A DNA stretch of 28,040 nucleotides from a virus (taxonomy: Duplodnaviria; Caudoviricetes), in the IMG/VR virus record IMGVR_UViG_3300016476_001549, positions 1 through 28,040 of that record; one strand, given 5' to 3'. A program made the position numbers and the translations under genes. Under the pieces are notes generated by a model, which saw nothing but the letters and a program-made list of their open reading frames with translations, had not been told where the DNA came from and did not search any database. Below are positions 24,428 through 28,040 of the stretch, piece by piece. Numbering within the stretch: position 1 is the stretch's first letter; the number at the start of each line of letters is the position of its first letter.

Positions 24428-24487
24428 TTTTTCTTTTTTTTGTTCCTACTTAATTTAAAATTTAATTTTGATTACATTTTTGCTTTA

Positions 24488-25591
24488 TTAGAATAGATCA
24501 CCAAACCCACCACTTTTTAGCTTATCATCGCTAGTTAGTTGGTATTCTGGATTACTATATGCTTTAGCTGAAGGAACAGCTTCTGCTCCAATCTTAATTT
24601 GATTGGCTAATGAATCTAGATTAGTGTATAATTCATCACTATCTAATGAGTATTTACTTGTCAAAGTATCTATATCATTTAAATTACCAGCCGTAATTGC
24701 AATATCTTCGGCTATTGTGCTAGTTACAACGTCTAATGCATAATCAAGTTCCCAACTCTTTGTAAACAACATTGCCGACTTTGCACTTTCAGTTGCCTCT
24801 TTAGACTTTTGAGCAAAAGCATAGTCTTTTTTTAATATTTCAATTGTAGCATCAAAGTCTAACACTTTAATATCCATACTAGTTTCAACCATAACTAATT
24901 TTTGACCGAATTTCTTCATTATATTAGCCCTAGTACCATATTTAGTAACAAAATCTTTAGATTGTTCCATTTGATGCCCTACACGTTGAGCTTCTGAAAG
25001 TAATTTCATAAGCTCAGCATTTCCGTTTACATACTCATCAGAACCTTTAGCTGCAACACCACCCTTAGAAACCATTTCATCTAATTGTGATTTCAACTTT
25101 TGAGCTTTAGCTTGTAAAGATACGATTCTATTTTGCATTTCTTTAGCATCTTTCTCTGATTGAGCAGCTTCAACTTCCATATCTTGTCTAAGATTTGCTA
25201 TTTTACCTTTAGCTGTTCTAAACTTTTGCTGATTTGCAATCATCAACTGCCTTTGATTTTCAAGCTCCGCAAAAGGATCATGCTTAATAATAGCTTTATG
25301 CAAATTTCTCGTTAACAACCTAATTCCTTTTAGAATTACTGGCATCGCAATAACTAAACCAACCAATAAGACACCAGTAGCAGCGACTGCTAAAAATTGA
25401 CCTATTGCCAAAAATAATGGCGGTAGTACATATACCCAAGTTAAATACCCTAACCCTACTAAAGCTGCCAATTTTAAAAACCAAAATAATCCCTTTTCCC
25501 CTTTTCTAAACTTATCTACCTTATTTGAAATCTCACTTTCGTTAAAGTGCTTCATAATAGGTAAATTCATATATGCGCTCTGTGTTTCCAT
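24488..25591 (-). CDS. PspA/IM30-like coiled-coil membrane protein
   Basis: Two N-terminal TM segments, a DP helix start and a long coiled coil. Confidence 0.6.
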   Translation of the reverse strand: METQSAYMNLPIMKHFNESEISNKVDKFRKGEKGLFWFLKLAALVGLGYLTWVYVLPPLFLAIGQFLAVAATGVLLVGLVIAMPVILKGIRLLTRNLHKAIIKHDPFAELENQRQLMIANQQKFRTAKGKIANLRQDMEVEAAQSEKDAKEMQNRIVSLQAKAQKLKSQLDEMVSKGGVAAKGSDEYVNGNAELMKLLSEAQRVGHQMEQSKDFVTKYGTRANIMKKFGQKLVMVETSMDIKVLDFDATIEILKKDYAFAQKSKEATESAKSAMLFTKSWELDYALDVVTSTIAEDIAITAGNLNDIDTLTSKYSLDSDELYTNLDSLANQIKIGAEAVPSAKAYSNPEYQLTSDDKLKSGGFGDLF

Positions 25592-25601
25592 TTTCTACTT
25601 T

Positions 25602-26309
25602 TTATTTAACATTATTAATTAAACCTTGTTTTACCTTGTTGATTGATGCTAATAAATTATTCTTAGCCAAATCATTAGCCATCAATTTACAATCAACCTC
25701 TAATAAATCATTAGCATATTTATTATCTATTTGAATTAAATTATTTTGTGCATTATTCATTTGATTAGTTAATGCTTCTATTTGCATTTTTAAATTTTGC
25801 ACTTCTGTGTTTAATTGTTGCCTTTCATCTTCTTTTCTAGCTAACAACTCTGTTTTCTTAGATGAGCCAGTTTCAACATATTTTGTATGAACTTTAGAAA
25901 TTTCTTGGACATAAAAATCAGATTGAGATACTAAAGAATCTTTAGTTATTTTTTTATCCATTGTTTGAGCCATAGTAAAAGCCATTGGGTAAACAGCTGG
26001 ATTATCAGCTCCTGCTGATACTATAGCCTTATAAAACTCAAAGAAATCATAACCTTCCATATTCAAACCTTCAAATCCAATTTCATACATATGAATAATT
26101 TTTTCCATATGTGGTTGACACGAAGGATTTTGTTCTAATGGAACTCCTGCGTTTGGCACTCCTACATGTGATGATCCAAATCCTGCAGGAGCTATTGTAA
26201 CACCCACAGTTGCACTAGGAAATTTTATAGACTCAGTATTATTATCAACTATCGTCTCTTTTTTACCCTCTTCTTCATTGTTTATAATGAATAAATCTTT
26301 CCAACTCAT
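25602..26309 (-). CDS. Coiled-coil protein of the PspA/OmpA/ABC module
   Basis: GYDFFEF segment; C-terminal heptads. Confidence 0.75.
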   Translation of the reverse strand: MSWKDLFIINNEEEGKKETIVDNNTESIKFPSATVGVTIAPAGFGSSHVGVPNAGVPLEQNPSCQPHMEKIIHMYEIGFEGLNMEGYDFFEFYKAIVSAGADNPAVYPMAFTMAQTMDKKITKDSLVSQSDFYVQEISKVHTKYVETGSSKKTELLARKEDERQQLNTEVQNLKMQIEALTNQMNNAQNNLIQIDNKYANDLLEVDCKLMANDLAKNNLLASINKVKQGLINNVK

Positions 26310-26327
26310 CTTATTATTTTTTTATTT

Positions 26328-26354
26328 ATACGAACAAAGTTATAAAAAGTTACA
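26328..26354 (-). promoter_or_regulatory. ECF-sigma-like promoter
   Basis: TGTAAC-N16-CGTAT. Confidence 0.7.
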
Positions 26355-26376
26355 ATACAAAAAAAATATTTGTAAC

Positions 26377-26829
26377 TTATTTTAAAAAATCATCTAAATT
26401 ATTAGGCAATAAAATTTTACAAGAATCATTCTCAATTACCACAACAAAGTCTTTAAATTTACTTGTGGCAAATTCATTAGTCGTATATCTCAAAATAGTT
26501 TCTGCACCATTATTAGAAGTAGAAACTTTTTTCAAAGTATAATTTATTTTTAGGCTTTTATATTTATCTAAAATAACTTCACTACCATATTTGTCAATTG
26601 ACACCTTAGAAGTAAACTGAAGTGCTGTCTCAAAATTTTGTGTCTTAACAAAAGACATAAACGCAGGACCTACACCACTACCTAAAAATAATTCAGGGTT
26701 TGACATTGAGGGATCTACACTTACTTTTTCAGAAACTTCAGTAGTAGAATTACTCATATTCTTAAACTCTTTTTGACCGCAAGAGAATAAAAATAAAGAA
26801 ATTGAAATAATAAAAATTAATTTTTTCAT
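26377..26829 (-). CDS. Lipoprotein
   Basis: Signal peptide with lipobox LFSC. Confidence 0.8.
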   Translation of the reverse strand: MKKLIFIISISLFLFSCGQKEFKNMSNSTTEVSEKVSVDPSMSNPELFLGSGVGPAFMSFVKTQNFETALQFTSKVSIDKYGSEVILDKYKSLKINYTLKKVSTSNNGAETILRYTTNEFATSKFKDFVVVIENDSCKILLPNNLDDFLK

Positions 26830-26858
26830 AAAAATATTTTTGAACTTATGTATTTATA

Positions 26859-26885
26859 ATACGACCATAAATTCAAAATGTTACA
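26859..26885 (-). promoter_or_regulatory. ECF-sigma-like promoter
   Basis: TGTAAC-N16-CGTAT. Confidence 0.7.
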
Positions 26886-26890
26886 AAAAA

Positions 26891-27490
26891 TTATTTTACC
26901 GTAGCATTCTTAGACCAAAAGTCGACTGATTTTTTGTAAGCGTCTCTATCGATTGTAACTCCAGATCCTCCTTCTTCTATTCCCAACGCATTTCGCATCA
27001 TAGTTATCGGCTTCATTGGCTCTTCAATTGCAGACATTTGCGCTAGTATGGCAACAACACCCCAATCGCCACCAAGCTCTTCTTCGCCCTCCTTTCTCTC
27101 TTTATCCAATTGTTCTTTTGAGTATAAGACAACAACAAGATATTCAGCTTTTGGAGCAGGAAGAGGAAGCTCAAACCATCTTTCCATAACAGGAAGTTCA
27201 CTTTCTGTTCTAGAAGAATATCCAGATCTTAAATATTGATAATTATCTAACGTGATTGGTAAAGTACCAGTTTTTGCATTTGTAAAATTTTTGACAACTA
27301 ATAATTTGCAAAAATCAGCATACCCTGGAATAATACGCTCAAACAAATACTCTTTTTGAACTGATGTAACTAAATTATTTATAATATGTTCAAAATCTTC
27401 AGGGGTAACATTTAAAATTTTTGTACCTCCAAATTTTGGATCGAAATGCCTTTTGGCAAATTCTGTAATTCTTATATTTTCTATCATCAT
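26891..27490 (-). CDS. DUF3228 family protein
   Basis: GYADFCK, LRSGYSSRTESELPVMERWF, LYSKEQL and PITMMRNALGIEEGGSG. Confidence 0.85.
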   Translation of the reverse strand: MMIENIRITEFAKRHFDPKFGGTKILNVTPEDFEHIINNLVTSVQKEYLFERIIPGYADFCKLLVVKNFTNAKTGTLPITLDNYQYLRSGYSSRTESELPVMERWFELPLPAPKAEYLVVVLYSKEQLDKERKEGEEELGGDWGVVAILAQMSAIEEPMKPITMMRNALGIEEGGSGVTIDRDAYKKSVDFWSKNATVK

Positions 27491-27512
27491 AACTACAAAG
27501 ATACATTTTTTT

Positions 27513-27755
27513 TTAAAAAGGACAATCTATTATTTCTGAAATCACAATTTCTTTTTTCGATTTCAATGAAATATTATTCAATTTCCTTAATGTAAAGAAT
27601 CTTCTATCCACCCAATAACCAATAGATCTACAATTTAATTTTTGAGAAATAAACTTTTTCCTTTTAATATGGTAAATAGATTTATCTTCTAGCATGACTA
27701 TAGGTAAACCTTCAAACTCAAATAGTATTCTCTTTTTTATTTCTTGTACAATCAT
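27513..27755 (-). CDS. Hypothetical protein
   Basis: 80-aa ORF ending CPF. Confidence 0.65.
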   Translation of the reverse strand: MIVQEIKKRILFEFEGLPIVMLEDKSIYHIKRKKFISQKLNCRSIGYWVDRRFFTLRKLNNISLKSKKEIVISEIIDCPF

Positions 27756-27807
27756 AATTGATTGATTTTAAGTATTGATTTGACAAAATGATGCGTATAT
27801 ACATTAG

Positions 27808-28017
27808 TTAGCGTAAATTACCGCTTTCTTTTATCCAGCGTTCATACGCTTTCAATATCTTTTCCTGTTCCATCCCTGAATACCATTTCACAAAGTCAAG
27901 CGGTAACTGTCCGCTAACACTAAATAAACGCAATATTCGTTCTGCCGTTCCAACACAATGTTGGTTTGCATACTTAGCGTTTTCTACTTCTCTCGATATT
28001 TGTTCTTTTAATTCCAT
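27808..28017 (-). CDS. Hypothetical protein
   Basis: 69-aa ORF with an ATG start. Confidence 0.6.
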   Translation of the reverse strand: MELKEQISREVENAKYANQHCVGTAERILRLFSVSGQLPLDFVKWYSGMEQEKILKAYERWIKESGNLR

Positions 28018-28040
28018 ACTGCGTTTATTATTTTACGTTA

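Noticed and set aside
1-28040. CRISPR array, rRNA or stop-codon recoding
   Set aside because: No regularly spaced repeats or rRNA motifs; ORFs are intact in the standard code and no clear suppressor tRNA is present.
27800-28040. TAAC/GTTA motifs suggestive of attC-like cassette ends
   Set aside because: Too short, truncated by the window edge, and no integrase is seen.

Overview
This is an AT-rich segment of what is most likely a jumbo (huge) bacteriophage infecting Bacteroidota. Support: TAnnTTTG/TTTG host-type promoters, a Bacteroidota-type tRNA-Ala, a T4-like ATP-dependent DNA ligase and free-standing homing-type endonucleases. Two minus-strand tRNA arrays (491-2799 and 14403-16280) hold about 18 tRNA or tRNA-like genes, each array with an inserted endonuclease. 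The window also has a YrlA-like Y RNA, a ~1 kb GOLLD-like structured RNA, a ~315 nt RNA with an embedded tRNA-like domain, putative virion proteins, and a PspA-like/OmpA-SBP/ABC transporter module. The most striking observation is that three tRNA transcription units are each preceded by promoter > short leader ORF > intrinsic terminator with a competing antiterminator inside the ORF. The amino-acid content of each leader matches the tRNAs downstream (N/H/T/K/I; A/P/M/G/Y; L). This looks like ribosome-mediated attenuation that senses tRNA shortage and switches on phage tRNA genes. All calls are by eye; no searches or folding programs were run.
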